A program made the position numbers and the translations under genes. Below, in pieces: positions 22,029 to 33,419 of a stretch of DNA of 64,000 nucleotides. The stretch comes from Mobula hypostoma (Eukaryota). Location: contig NC_086108.1 of assembly GCF_963921235.1 (NCBI RefSeq), positions 50,780,001 to 50,844,000 on the forward strand, in the 5' to 3' direction. The notes beneath the pieces are model-generated. The model did no database searches, was not told the origin of the DNA, and saw only the letters and a program-made list of their open reading frames with translations. The first letter of the stretch is position 1. Every line of letters starts with the position of its first letter.

Positions 22029-24962
22029 TTAATAATCCCTTAGACCAGGCTCCAACTCAGCAAACTTCATAGTGGCCAAAAACACTGATGAATTGCGACC
22101 AATATAACCTCTCATTTGGTTTTGTCCCGGACCACAATAACAAGGGTCATCCCATTCCGACTCAGTTTTCTCTCGCAAGGGTTTAGTAGGAGGGGGACGG
22201 GTATTGACCGCAGAGTTATTGCAAAACTTCCTGCAGTACCCCACCATCTCCAAAAGCCTTCTGAGGGCCCTCTTGTCTGTCGGGGTTGGGAGGTCAGCGA
22301 TAGCCTGCACTGTAGCTTGCATCGCTGCCAGCTGCCCCTGTGTCACCACAATTTCCAGGTAAGTGACCCTCGTGTGGCCGAATTCATTTTTTTCAAGGTT
22401 CACTATCAAACTGGCTTCAGACAGCCGTATAAAATTGCCAATACACACCTCTGTGTTCATCAGCCCTTTAGTCACTGAATTACTCAAAAAATATGGGTGT
22501 TGTTTACTTGGCTGCCCTATTGTAACCACAATCACCCAACGTCCCAGTTCTTTGCATTTCCTCGGGACAATCAAACACATGGGTGCGAGTCGTTTAATTA
22601 CTCCTTCTAAAGATTCGCTTTGTTCGGGGATTAAGGGAGAGACCTTATCAGTAGACCTGGCCAAAACAATAGCCTTCTCCCATCTGACCGATCCCATCCT
22701 AATCTTTTCAAAATGGTTTTTTCCTCTTATCAGGGGGCCCCTAGCTTCATTGATTTCCATGCTAACACCGACTAGGTTTGTTAGCATATCAAAAGCCGGT
22801 GACCGTCTCAGTTCGCGTCGGTCATGATCAATAACATTCTTCCCCCTGGGCAGCCGGTAAATCTCTTTCATGATTCCACCAACTGTTTCCTCCAGCACCG
22901 CAAAATGTCCACCGGGGGGTACCTCGTGGGCCATGTTAAAAACCCCATCCCCATAACTCTTTTGCACCACCCCCCATTCCTCATCTGCGGGTACTGTACT
23001 TGATTTCCCTTTTTTCCTTAGCACTTCCTCCTCCGCACAATAGCTTGTCAAGGCTGTGTCAGAGAGAGCGGTCTCTGCCAAAACCATCAGCCCCTCGTCT
23101 CGCTCCTGCGTCTGCACAAATTCTTTCCTGGCTACTGCTACGTCTGTCCCAGCTCCCTCACTACCTCTTATCTCACTACACCCTGTCTCATACAAGGTTG
23201 GCAGAAATGTTTCAGCCAAATTCACCATTGGGGGCCCGCGATGAACCTGTGAGTCCATGGGCCGGGCCTCAATGCTGGCAGGCTGACCCGTCAATCTCAC
23301 GACTGGGAACACAATTCCTCCGGCGATGTCATTACCAAGCAAGACTTCCACGTCTTTCATCGGTAATTCGGACCTCACCCCGATCGTGACTAGTCCAGAG
23401 ACCAGGTTGCTCTGTAAGTGTATCTGGTGCACAGGGACTGACTCTGTCCCTTCCCCAACACCTTTGACCTCTACCTCCCCAGTCTGGGTCTCTGAACTAA
23501 ACTCTAATACACTCTTCAGTATTAGTGACTGACACGCTCCCGTGTCTCTCCAGATCCGCACTGGAACTGGTTTTAACCCCTCCTTCAATGACACCAGTCC
23601 GGCTGAGATAAACCTCTCGCGCCCTTCCTGGACTTTTTCAGACCTGTCCTTCCCTAGCGGTTCACTTAACAGCTCGATACAGCCATTCCAAATTTCCGCT
23701 TTTCCTTTCCCCGTCTCCTTCCTTGGGGCAAAGCACCTGGACGCAAAGTGTCTGACTTTCCCACAATTATAACAGACGACCCCAGGAGACTTCCTACCAG
23801 ACTGCTCCCGGTCTACCTTATCCTTTTCACTAGTCCCCGGCTTACTTTCTGACTTTTCCGGCGGACTCTCCCCTCCGTCCTGACTACCCTTCTGGTAGCC
23901 TTTACTCGGGGCAAACTTCATTTTATGCGTCAACGCATACTCATCCGCTAACTTAGCAGTTGCGGCTAACGTGGCTGCCTCTTTCTCATCGAGGTAGGAT
24001 CTCATACCCTCAGGGACACAACCTTTAAACTGCTCAATCAGAATCAGCTGCAGCAGTCTGTCATAATCCCCCTCTACCCCTTTCGAGGCGCACCAACGCT
24101 GACAATATGTTTGCATCTCATGAGCAAACTCCAAATACGTGCGGTCCCACCACTTCCTCGCATTCCGGAACCTCTGCCGGTATGCCTCCGGGACCAACTC
24201 ATAAATCCTGAGGATGGCCTCTTTCACCACCTCATACCTCTGGGCATCTTCCGCGGACAAAGCTGAGTAAGCTTCTTGGGCCTTCCCTTTCAGTACACTC
24301 TGAAGTAAAACAACCCACTTATCCCTCGGCCAGTCCTGACTTATAGCCACTTTTTCGAAATGGAGAAAGTACCGATCCACGTCGGTATCGTCAAATGGGG
24401 GAACCATCCTAACCTCCTGGGTCGCCCGGAACCCTCCACCTTGGTTCGGCACGAGCCCCTGCTCGGCCCTTATCTTTAACTTCTCCAGCTCAAATTCCCT
24501 TTCCCTCTGTTTCTCCTCTCTCTCCAACTGTCTGTCCCTCTCTCTCTCTTCTCTCTCCAACTGTCTTTCTCTCTCTTGCCTTTCTACCTCTTTCTCTTTC
24601 TCCCGCCTTTCTAACTCTCTCTCTTTCTCCCGCCTTTCTAACTCTCTCTCCTGCCTTTCCAACTGTCTCTCTTCGTGTTCTAACTGCCGTACCCGGAACT
24701 CGTGCTCGAGTCTCAGTTTTTCAAGCTGTACCTGTACCGCGTCTCCAGCAGGTTTTTCAATAGACACCATCCCCAGCTCACCTTGGGGAAACACACCTTT
24801 AGATACATAGTGCTCTACAATAGCTCTGTGTATCTCCTCTCTCCTCATTGTCGACTTCACCTTAGCAAGATTCAACCGTTTGGCCACAGCTATCAATTCC
24901 GATTTCCTGGCATCCTCTAATGCCTCCAAGGTCGGCGCCTTTATAAATTCCTCAACCTCCAT
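22029..24962 (-). CDS. Gag-protease polyprotein with degenerate pol-derived tail (977 aa)
   Basis: E/R-rich coiled coil; capsid/SCAN-like region (VPEAYRQRFR…LILIEQFK); CCHC knuckle CYNCGKVRHFASRC; protease RDTGA. These are followed by remnants of the IN zinc finger, RT thumb/connection and RNase H, with no YxDD or DDE core. Confidence 0.9.
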   Translation of the reverse strand: MEVEEFIKAPTLEALEDARKSELIAVAKRLNLAKVKSTMRREEIHRAIVEHYVSKGVFPQGELGMVSIEKPAGDAVQVQLEKLRLEHEFRVRQLEHEERQLERQERELERREKERELERREKEKEVERQERERQLEREERERDRQLEREEKQREREFELEKLKIRAEQGLVPNQGGGFRATQEVRMVPPFDDTDVDRYFLHFEKVAISQDWPRDKWVVLLQSVLKGKAQEAYSALSAEDAQRYEVVKEAILRIYELVPEAYRQRFRNARKWWDRTYLEFAHEMQTYCQRWCASKGVEGDYDRLLQLILIEQFKGCVPEGMRSYLDEKEAATLAATAKLADEYALTHKMKFAPSKGYQKGSQDGGESPPEKSESKPGTSEKDKVDREQSGRKSPGVVCYNCGKVRHFASRCFAPRKETGKGKAEIWNGCIELLSEPLGKDRSEKVQEGRERFISAGLVSLKEGLKPVPVRIWRDTGACQSLILKSVLEFSSETQTGEVEVKGVGEGTESVPVHQIHLQSNLVSGLVTIGVRSELPMKDVEVLLGNDIAGGIVFPVVRLTGQPASIEARPMDSQVHRGPPMVNLAETFLPTLYETGCSEIRGSEGAGTDVAVARKEFVQTQERDEGLMVLAETALSDTALTSYCAEEEVLRKKGKSSTVPADEEWGVVQKSYGDGVFNMAHEVPPGGHFAVLEETVGGIMKEIYRLPRGKNVIDHDRRELRRSPAFDMLTNLVGVSMEINEARGPLIRGKNHFEKIRMGSVRWEKAIVLARSTDKVSPLIPEQSESLEGVIKRLAPMCLIVPRKCKELGRWVIVVTIGQPSKQHPYFLSNSVTKGLMNTEVCIGNFIRLSEASLIVNLEKNEFGHTRVTYLEIVVTQGQLAAMQATVQAIADLPTPTDKRALRRLLEMVGYCRKFCNNSAVNTRPPPTKPLREKTESEWDDPCYCGPGQNQMRGYIGRNSSVFLATMKFAELEPGLRDY

Positions 24963-25030
24963 TTCTGCTGTTTGTCTTTTCTTTCTTTCAGGAATTTTAA
25001 CCCAATCAATTACTCTGTCCCAAATTTAGC

Positions 25031-25056
25031 GTTCAAAATCGCGGACGAGAACCCCA
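25031..25056 (-). other. Primer binding site, tRNA-Pro type
   Basis: The minus strand reads TGGGGTTCTCGTCCGCGAT, 4 nt downstream of the 5' LTR. It resembles the tRNA-Pro PBS TGGGGGCTCGTCCGGGAT. Confidence 0.8.
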
Positions 25057-25060
25057 CTTA

Positions 25061-25917
25061 TGTTACGTACCCCGTAACTGGGTTGCCAAACCAGCAGAAA
25101 TGGATCACTCAGTTGGAGTCTGGAGTACTAGAACTAAGAAAGTTTTATTAAAGAAACAAGCAACACAGTAATCGAAAGGATAATAAATGCAACAGTTCAA
25201 CAATGATAACCACACATGTGCACAGAATTAAGATAACAGCATCAATCAAGCTCTATCGTTGTCTAGGGGGTAAATGACCAAATTTCAAAATGACTCAAAG
25301 TTCAGTCCAGTTCAGTTCACAGTAATTGTTGCCATGGCGAGGGACAACGTGGGGGGAGAGAGAGAGGGAACAGGAACAACTGATCATTCAGAACACTGCT
25401 TCACTCACAGACCAGCGAGATTGCTCACAAGCAACTTTTGGGCGGGTCCTTGGTGATGTCACCTGAGGTCACCGACTGTGACCCCTCCTCCAGATGCGGT
25501 CGATCCTCTGCAGTGAACCCGGCACCCAGGCAAGGGCGGACACACACCGGGTTCCCGCTGATCGTACCTTTCCACCCTGGTCGTTGTCTGATACTTCTCA
25601 CCCACTCGTGAGAGGCACACCGCTTCCAGGGTCTCGTTACCTCGGGTGGCGTGTGTCCCTGTCTTAGCGAACCTGTCCCTTTTTATCCCCCTGCTGGGGT
25701 ATCGCCTGTCCATCACTTCAAACAGCTCAGGGTTCAAAGGGGGAGCCGCTCCAGACAGCTCTCTCTCTCCCACGTCCCTTCATTACACATCTCCAGACGC
25801 TGCTCCATTGTTCCTTATCTCTCCTTCCCCTGAGGGCAGGTGGCAGACCAACTGCTGATGTCACTGATGCTAACCCAGGCCAGCAAACATCTTAATTTTA
25901 TGTGTATTCTCGTAACA
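25061..25917 (-). repeat. 5' LTR (857 bp)
   Basis: Direct repeat of 20997-21856, adjacent to the PBS. Confidence 0.95.
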
Positions 25918-26364
25918 CAGCAAAGCGTCAGATCGTTAAATCAGCCCGAAAACTCACCATCAAAATGCAAATCACAGGTTCCAAGCTTTGTAGCAGAATC
26001 ATGACTAAAAGAAGAAGAAGTAAACAGAGTAGTTTCGCAAACTTTCTGAAGGACATGACCTTTGGTTGTGTTGTTTGCTGGCATCATCTTCATTATTGTA
26101 AGATAATCATTTGTATGTCTCGCGGGGTACTGCTGTCACAAAGACAGCACACTGTATGACCTACGCCACTGATAACAGACAGATTCTGAAGACTAGCTCA
26201 GTTTCTGACAGATGTTTTTGGTGGTAGGCTGCAACACAACAGTGAGAAAATACTGAGAAAAACATTGGTGCAACGTAAATTTTCACTGAAATTTATTCTG
26301 TTGTTAGAATCATGCTTTGCATTGTTACATGCTCAAGGAGATCTGTTTTTTTTAGTGAGAATGA

Positions 26365-27213
26365 TGTAATGGTCTTTTGGAGGTCACCCGATGTGATTTT
26401 CCCACCGATGTGAGGTCACGTGATGACATGTGCCCCATGACTATATAAGAGTCGACCCAGGTGATGCAGTTGGTTTTTGAGTTTGTAGATTTCCAGGTAG
26501 AACGTGCTGTATCTCTGTTTCTGTTGCGTGTTTGTTTTTGGTGACGCAGTTTCATTTTTAAAACGGTTGTGCGCTCTGTTGCAAAATACCTTATAAGTTG
26601 GACTGGAAATTTTTGTTAGATGTGTTGATTTGCTCAATTCCAACATTCGAAGGGAGAGTGAAGAATTTATCGAAGTGCAGAATCGAAGGATGGAGAGGAG
26701 TCGGCATCGTTTGGCAGTTTAATGAAGGATCGACCTTTTTGAGTCTTGGTTGGAGTAGCAACCTGCATTGAGATAACTCTTGCCAGAAAGAGCAATGAGT
26801 TCATGCAAAACGGTGCTCTCTCTCTCTCTAAAGGAATTTAAGGTCAGTCGTTTTAAACTGTTTATTTTCGGCATCGTGAATCCTGTGGACAGAACCAGCA
26901 GTAAAGGTGCGTCTGTGAAGAAATCCTTCTCCAGAGAAGTCTCTCCCAATTGAACGTGTAAATCTGTTGGACTTTCAAAGTTATCGCTTTAAGAACTATA
27001 TCTGACTGTATCGCTTTAAGAACGGTTTTTGCATTTAATGCTTGAAGAACCAGAGCCAAGTGGCGAGTTGGTGGACAGCTGCATTTCTGTTAACTTCCAG
27101 TTAAAGTTTTCCTTTGTTTTTTTCCCCTTATCGTTTATACGTGTTTAATAAATGTTTGGTTGTTTTTATATAACCTGTCTCAATTGATATTCATTGTTGC
27201 CATTTAAGTAACA
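26365..27213 (+). mobile_element. Probable solo LTR of a different family
   Basis: TGTAAT…GTAACA termini, ~850 bp, TATATAA at 26442 and AATAAA at 27147. No matching TSD found. Confidence 0.5.
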
Positions 27214-27357
27214 GCATGTTGTCGTGCAACAGTTGGAAGAAGCCAAGTTTCTGCAAACAGTCACATCTTTCCACAGGCAGCCATGAAACAAAGAAACACC
27301 ATGGAATCTATTCAAATAAAACATCAAACACCCAACACACACAAAAAACATTTCTTC

Positions 27358-30300
27358 TTCCTCAGAGACCTTGGCCTTCACCCTGCCTTGTGCAGCTGGA
27401 TGCTAGACTTCCTGTCAGATCGCCAGCAGGTGATAAGAGTGGGCTCCCTTCCCTCTGTCCGTCTGAACCTTAACACAGAAGCCCCCCAGGGATATGTCAT
27501 AAGCCCCCTCCTTTACTCTCTGTATACCCATGACTATGTCGCCACCCACAGCTCTAATCTGCTAATTAAATTTGCTGATGGTACTACATTGATTGGCTTT
27601 ATCTTAAATAATAATGAGGCAGCCTACAGAGAGGAGTCATCTCCCCGACATAGTGGTGTCAAGAAAACAACCTCTCACTCAACGTCGCAAAAACAAAGGA
27701 GCTGATTGTGGACTACAGGAGGAATGGAGACAGGCTAATCCCTACTGATATCAACGGATCTGGGGTTGAGAGGGTGAACAGCTTTAAATTCCTCGGCATA
27801 AACATCACTGAGGACCTCACGTGGTCTGTACGTACCGACTGTGTGGTGAAAAAGGCACAACAGCGCCTCTTTCACCTCAGACGATTGAAGAAGTTTGATA
27901 TGAGTTACCAAATCCTAAGGACTTTCTACAGGGGCACAATTGAGAGCATCTTGACTGGTTGGATTGCTGGCTGGTATGGGAACTGTACTTCCCTCGGTCG
28001 CAGGACTCTGCCGAGAGCAATGCGGACAGACCCAGCACATCTGTAGATGTGAACTTCCCACTATTCAGGACATTTGCAGAGACAGGTGTGTATAAAGGGC
28101 CCAAAGGATCATTGGGGACTCGGGTCACCCTGAACACAAACTGCTCCAGGTGCTACCATCTGGGAAACGGTATCACAGCATAAAAGCCAGGACCAACAGG
28201 CTCCAGGACAGCTTCTTCCACTAGGCCATCAGACTAATTAATTCATGCCAACACAATTGTACTTCTATGCTACATTGACTGTCCTGTTGTACATACTATT
28301 TATTACAAATTACTATAAATTTGTAAATTTAAAATATACTGGCACAGAGTCCGGCCCTGTGGCTCAGAAGGGTAGGGAAAGGAAGAGAAAGGCAGTAGTA
28401 ATAGGGGATTCTATAGCTAGGGGGTCAGCAGGTGATTCTGTGAATGCAGGAAAGAAACTCGGATGGTAGTTTGCCTCCAGGCTGCCAGGGTCCGGGATGT
28501 TTCAGATCGCGTCCAAGATATCCTGCAGTGGGAGGGAGAACAGCCAGAGATCGCAGTACATATTGGTACCAACGATATAGGTAGGAAAAGGGAAGACGTC
28601 CTGAAAATAGACTACAGGGAGTTAGGAAGGAAGTTGAGAAGCAGGACCACAAAGGTAGTAATCTCGGGATTACTGCCTGTGACACATGACAGTGAGTATA
28701 GAAATAGAGTGAGGTGGAGGATAAATGTGTGCTGAGGGATTGGAGCAGGGGGCAGGGATTCATATTTCTGGATCATTGGGACCTCTTTTTGGGCAGGTGT
28801 GACCTGTACAAAAAGGACAGGTTGCACTTGAATCCCAGGGGGACCAATATCCTGGTGGGGAGGTTTGCTAAGGCTACCGGGGAGAGTTTAAACTAGAATT
28901 GTTGGGGGGTGGGAACTGAACTGAAGAGGCTGGGCAAGAGGCTGTTGGCTCACAAATAGAGAAAGCTTGGAGACAGTGTGTGGGGGAGGATAGGTAGGTG
29001 ATAGAGAAGGATGCGCTCAAACCGACGATTTGAGATGTGTCTATTTTAACGCAAGGAGTATTGTGAACAAAGTGGATGAGCTTAGAGCGTGGATCAGTAC
29101 TTGCAGCTATGACATTGTGGCCATTATAGAGACTTGGATGGCTCAGGGACAGGAATGGTTACTTCAAGTGCTGGGTTTTAGATGTTTCAGAAAGGACAGG
29201 GAGGGAGGCAAAAGAGGTGGGGGCGTGGCACTGTTGATCAGAGATAGTGTCACGGCTGCAGAAAAGGTGGACATCATGGAGGGATTGTCTACCGAGTCTC
29301 TGTGGGTGGAGGTTAGGAACAGGAAGGGGTCAATAACTCTACTGGGTGTTTTTTATACCCTGCCCAATAGTAACAGGGATATCGAGGAGCAGACAGGGAA
29401 ACAGATCCTGGAAAGGTGTAATAATAACAGAGTTGTCATGATGGGAGATTTTAATTTCCAAAATATCGATTGGCAACTCCCTAGAGTGAGGGGTTTAGAT
29501 GGGGTAGAGTTTGTTAGGTGTAATCAGGAAGGTTACTTGACACAATATGCAGATAAGCCTACAAGAGGAGAGACTGTACTTGATTTGGTATTGGGAAATG
29601 AACCTGGTCAGGTTTCAGATCTCACAGTGGGAGAGCATTTTGGAGATAGTGATCATAGTTCTATCTCCTTTACAATAGCATTGGAGAGAGATAGGAACAG
29701 ACAAGTTAGAAAAGCGTTTAATTGGAGTAAGGGGAATTATGAGGCAATCAGGCAGGAACTTGGAAGCTTAAATTGGGAACAGATGTTCTCAGGGAAAGGT
29801 ACGGGAGAAATGTGGCAAATGTTCAGGGGATATTTGTGTGGGGTTCTGCATAAGTACCTTCCAATGAGACAAGGAAGTTATGGTAGGGTACAGGAACTGT
29901 GGTGTACAAAGGCTGTAGTAATTCTAGTCAAGAAGAAAAGAAAAGCTTACAAAAGGTTCAGAGAGCTAGGTCATTTTAGAAATCTAGAAGATTATAAGGC
30001 TAACAGGAAGGAACTTAAGAAGGAAATTAGGAGAGCCAGAAGGGGCCATGAGAAGGCCTTGGCGGGCAGGATTAAGGAAACCCCCAAGGCATTCTACAAG
30101 TATGTGAAGAGCAAGAGGATAAGACGTGAAAGAATAGGACCTATCAAGTGTGACAGTGGGAAAGTGTGTATGGAACCAGAGGAAATAGCAGAGGTACTTA
30201 ATGAGTACTTTACTTCAGTATTCACTATGGAAAAGGATCTTGGTAAGTGTAGTGATAATTTGCAGCGGACTGAAAAGCTTGAGCATGTATATAAGAGGAT

Positions 30301-31985
30301 GTGCTGGAGCTTTGGAAAGCATCAAGTTGGATAAGTCACTGGGACTGGATGAGATGTACCCCAGGCTACTATGGGAGGTGAAGGAGGAGATTGCTGAGCC
30401 TCTGGCAATGATCTTTGCATCATCAATGGGGACGGAAGAGGTTCCAGAGGTTTGGAGGGTTGTGGATGTTGTTCCCTTATTCAAGAAATGGAGTAGAGAT
30501 AGCCCAGGAAATTACAGACCAGTGAGTCTTACTTCAGGGATGTTAAGTTGATGGGGAAGATCCTGAGAAGTGGGATTTATGAACATTTGGAGAGATATAA
30601 TATGATTAGGGTTAGTCAGCATGGCCTTGTCAAGGGCAGGTCGTGCCTTACGAATCTGATTGAAATTTTTGAGGATGTGACTAAACACATTGATGAAGGA
30701 AGAGCAGTAGATGTAGTGCATATGGATTTCAGCAAGGTATTTGATAGGGTACCCCATGCAAGGCTTATTGAGAAAGTAAGGAGGCATGGGATCCAAGGGG
30801 ACATTGCTTTGTGGATCCAGAACTGGCTTCCCCACAGAAGGCAAAGAGTGGTCGTAGACGGGTCATAGTCTGCATGGAGGTTGGTAACCAGTGGCGTGCC
30901 TCAGGGATCTGTTCTGGGACCCTTACTCTTCGTGATTTTTATAAATGACCTGGATGAGGAAGTGAGGGATGGGTTAGTAAATTTGCTGATGACAGAAAGG
31001 TTGGGGATGTTGTGGATAGTGTGGAGGGCTGTCAGAGGTCACAGCAGGACTTCAATAGGATGCAAAACTGGGCTGAGAAGTGGCAGATGGAGTTCAACCC
31101 AGATAAGTATGAAGTGGTTCATTTTGGTAGATCAAATCTGATGGCAGAATATCGTATTAATGGTAAGACTCTTGGCAGTGTGGAGGATCAGAGGGATCTT
31201 GGGGTCCAAGTCCATAGGACACTTAAAGCTGCTGCACAGTTTGACTCTGTGGTTAAGAAGGCATATGGTGTATTGGCTTTCATCAATCGTGGAATTGAAT
31301 TTAGGAGCCGAGAGGTAATGTTGGAGCTATATAGGACCCTGGTTAGACCCCACTTGGAGTACTGTGCTTAGTTCTGGTTGCCTCACTACAGGAAGGATGT
31401 GGAAACCATAGAAAGGGTGCAAAGGAGATTTACAGAGATGTTGCCTGGATTGGGGAGCATGCTTTATGAAGACAGGTTGGGTGAACTTGGCCTTTTCTTC
31501 TTGGAATGACGGAGGATGAGAGGTGACCTGATAGAGGTGTATAAAGTGATGAGAGGCATTGATCGTATGGATAGTCAGAGGCATTCTCCCAGGGCTGAAA
31601 TGGCTGTCACAAGAGGGCACAGGTTTAAGGTGCTTGGGAGCAGGTACAGAGGAGACGTCAGGGGTAAGTTTTTACACAGAGAGTGGTGAGTGCGTGGAAT
31701 GGGCGGCCGGCAACGGTGGTGGAGGCAGATACGATAGGGTCTTTCAAGAGACTTTTGGATAGGTACATGGAACTTAGAAAAATAGAGGTCTATGGGTAAT
31801 CCTAGTAATTTCTAAGGTAGGGACATGTTCAGCACAACTCTGTGGGCTGAAGGGCCTGTATTGTGCTGTAGGTTTTCCATGTTTCTATCTTTCTAAATTG
31901 CACATTGCACATTTAGACGGAAATGTAATTTAAAGATCTTTACTCATGTATGTGAAGGATGTAAGAAATAAAGTCAATTCAATTT
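27358..31985 (+). mobile_element. Rex1/Babar-like LINE (27358-28321; 3' UTR resumes 31894-31985), split by a CR1
   Basis: [18 protein letters not shown]…KFADG, FKFLGINITEDL and KKAQQRLFHLRRLKKF. The AATAAAGTCAATTCAATT tail lies after the CR1. Confidence 0.85.
28338..31893 (+). mobile_element. CR1 LINE: ORF1 esterase part plus degraded ORF2
   Basis: SGNH esterase motifs VVIGDS, HIGTND and DRLHLN. APE endonuclease 29030-29680 (NARS, ETW, GDFN, SDH). RT with stops and frameshifts. TTTCTAT-type tail. TAAATT is present at both junctions (28316-28321, 31894-31899). Confidence 0.92.
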
Positions 31986-33419
31986 GAGGAGGGCATTCTG
32001 GAGTGTCTTGCTGAGTTATAGAATCAGAAGTTTTAGTGAGGTTGAAACCGTTTTGTTGACTAGTGTTGCTCACTGCATTTTTCTGAAGATCATGCCCAAC
32101 GAGCCTCTAGGGTCTTAACGAATGGACACTACATGAAAAATCAGGGAGCAGCTCTCCAGGCAGTGAGGGGTTAACTGAGGAATATTCTGGCAAAGACATT
32201 CTCTGTGGTAAACTGTAGACTGTGAACATCACCTTGTTTATGCCCCTCAGCCTGAATGAATTTACTGTAGTGGTGTGGTGGAGCACCACAAATCCCAAAA
32301 CCAGTCCTAATATAAATGAAAGATCATTAGCTAAGTGCGAATAGAAGGTCTCTGCACAATGCCCAGCATACATCTAGCTCCCTGTAGTGGAACCTCATCC
32401 AACAAAGTGGACAGGAAGCAAGCTGTATGATCCTTTGCACTCATGCGAACTGGAGCACTGCAAATGGAATCTTCGGTCTAAAATTTGAGATTTATAAACT
32501 GAAATATTCTACAAGAGATAAATAATGTCTTAAACAATTCTTGTAGTTTTTAAATAATATTGTGAGAGTAATGTTAAAATATGTATTCTATTTTGATTCC
32601 CCATGAAATCCTACAGCTGTGATTAATTGACCATGAGCCAAGAGAAATTGTTCTATTATGTGACAGACTAATTCAAAGTGTTAACAAAATTGTGTCGGTG
32701 TTTTCAAGGATCACTAGATCTTTGCTTTTCTCTGTTATTTTCAAGTCACTGGGCATGCCTGGTTTTCTCTATAAGTCCTTTATTCATCCAAAAAGAAATA
32801 AATAAAATTCTGTTTTTGCTCAATTCCTGGATTTCCATTGGAAAAGGAAACACGTAAATGCTTCTCTAAAACAGATTACTTCAAGTCTAAGATTTCAAGT
32901 TGAACTCAATCCAACTTCATGCGTCAGTAAAGTGCAGACGCACTTAAACCTCGTGAGTATGGGGAGACGTGGCGTACAACAGGCTTTTGGCCACTGTAAC
33001 TGGCGTGGCTGACCTGTGTTAATCAGGAATCTGATTACTGCTTGAGGTCACAGCCTTTTGAAAGCACCTGGTCAGGATCAAAAAATGTCAATAATGGTGC
33101 TGCCCACGGATCAATCACTGCTGAGTCACTTTAATGTTTTCACTTTGTTATGAATTGATGGTCAATGTGGAAATGATGCTGCTGCAGAGTTCAACTTGAG
33201 TTTACTGGGCTAGAGCGCTCACACAGCTCATGATTTTTTTATATGATCGCATGATTTTTCATTTTCTCAAGCCAATTTCCCGAGTGAGCTGCCAAGATTA
33301 TAGTGTGAGTAAAGTAACAAATGTCCACCGGAAACACAATCTGTGTTGGATTTTCGGAGTCATACAAAACTTTCATTACAGAGTAAGCGAGACACTGAGG
33401 GGTCAATTGAGACAAATCT

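Larger units (their letters stand above)
20997..25917 (-). mobile_element. Full-length non-autonomous Gmr1-like Ty3/Gypsy LTR retrotransposon
   Basis: Two ~860-bp LTRs (TGTTAC…GTAACA), TSD CAGC at 20993-20996 and 25918-25921, a PBS, a PPT and one internal ORF. Confidence 0.95.
20371..26090 (-). mobile_element. Second copy of the non-coding 0.9-kb retroposon, split by the LTR element (20371-20996 and 25918-26090)
   Basis: Homology to 9129-10012 continues across the LTR insertion site. Confidence 0.65.

Noticed and set aside
22029..24962. Domesticated host SCAN/gag gene or endogenous retrovirus with env
   Set aside because: It is flanked by near-identical LTRs, a TSD, a PBS and a PPT, so it is a recent insertion. 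The C-terminal tail is pol-derived, with no signal peptide or transmembrane segment.
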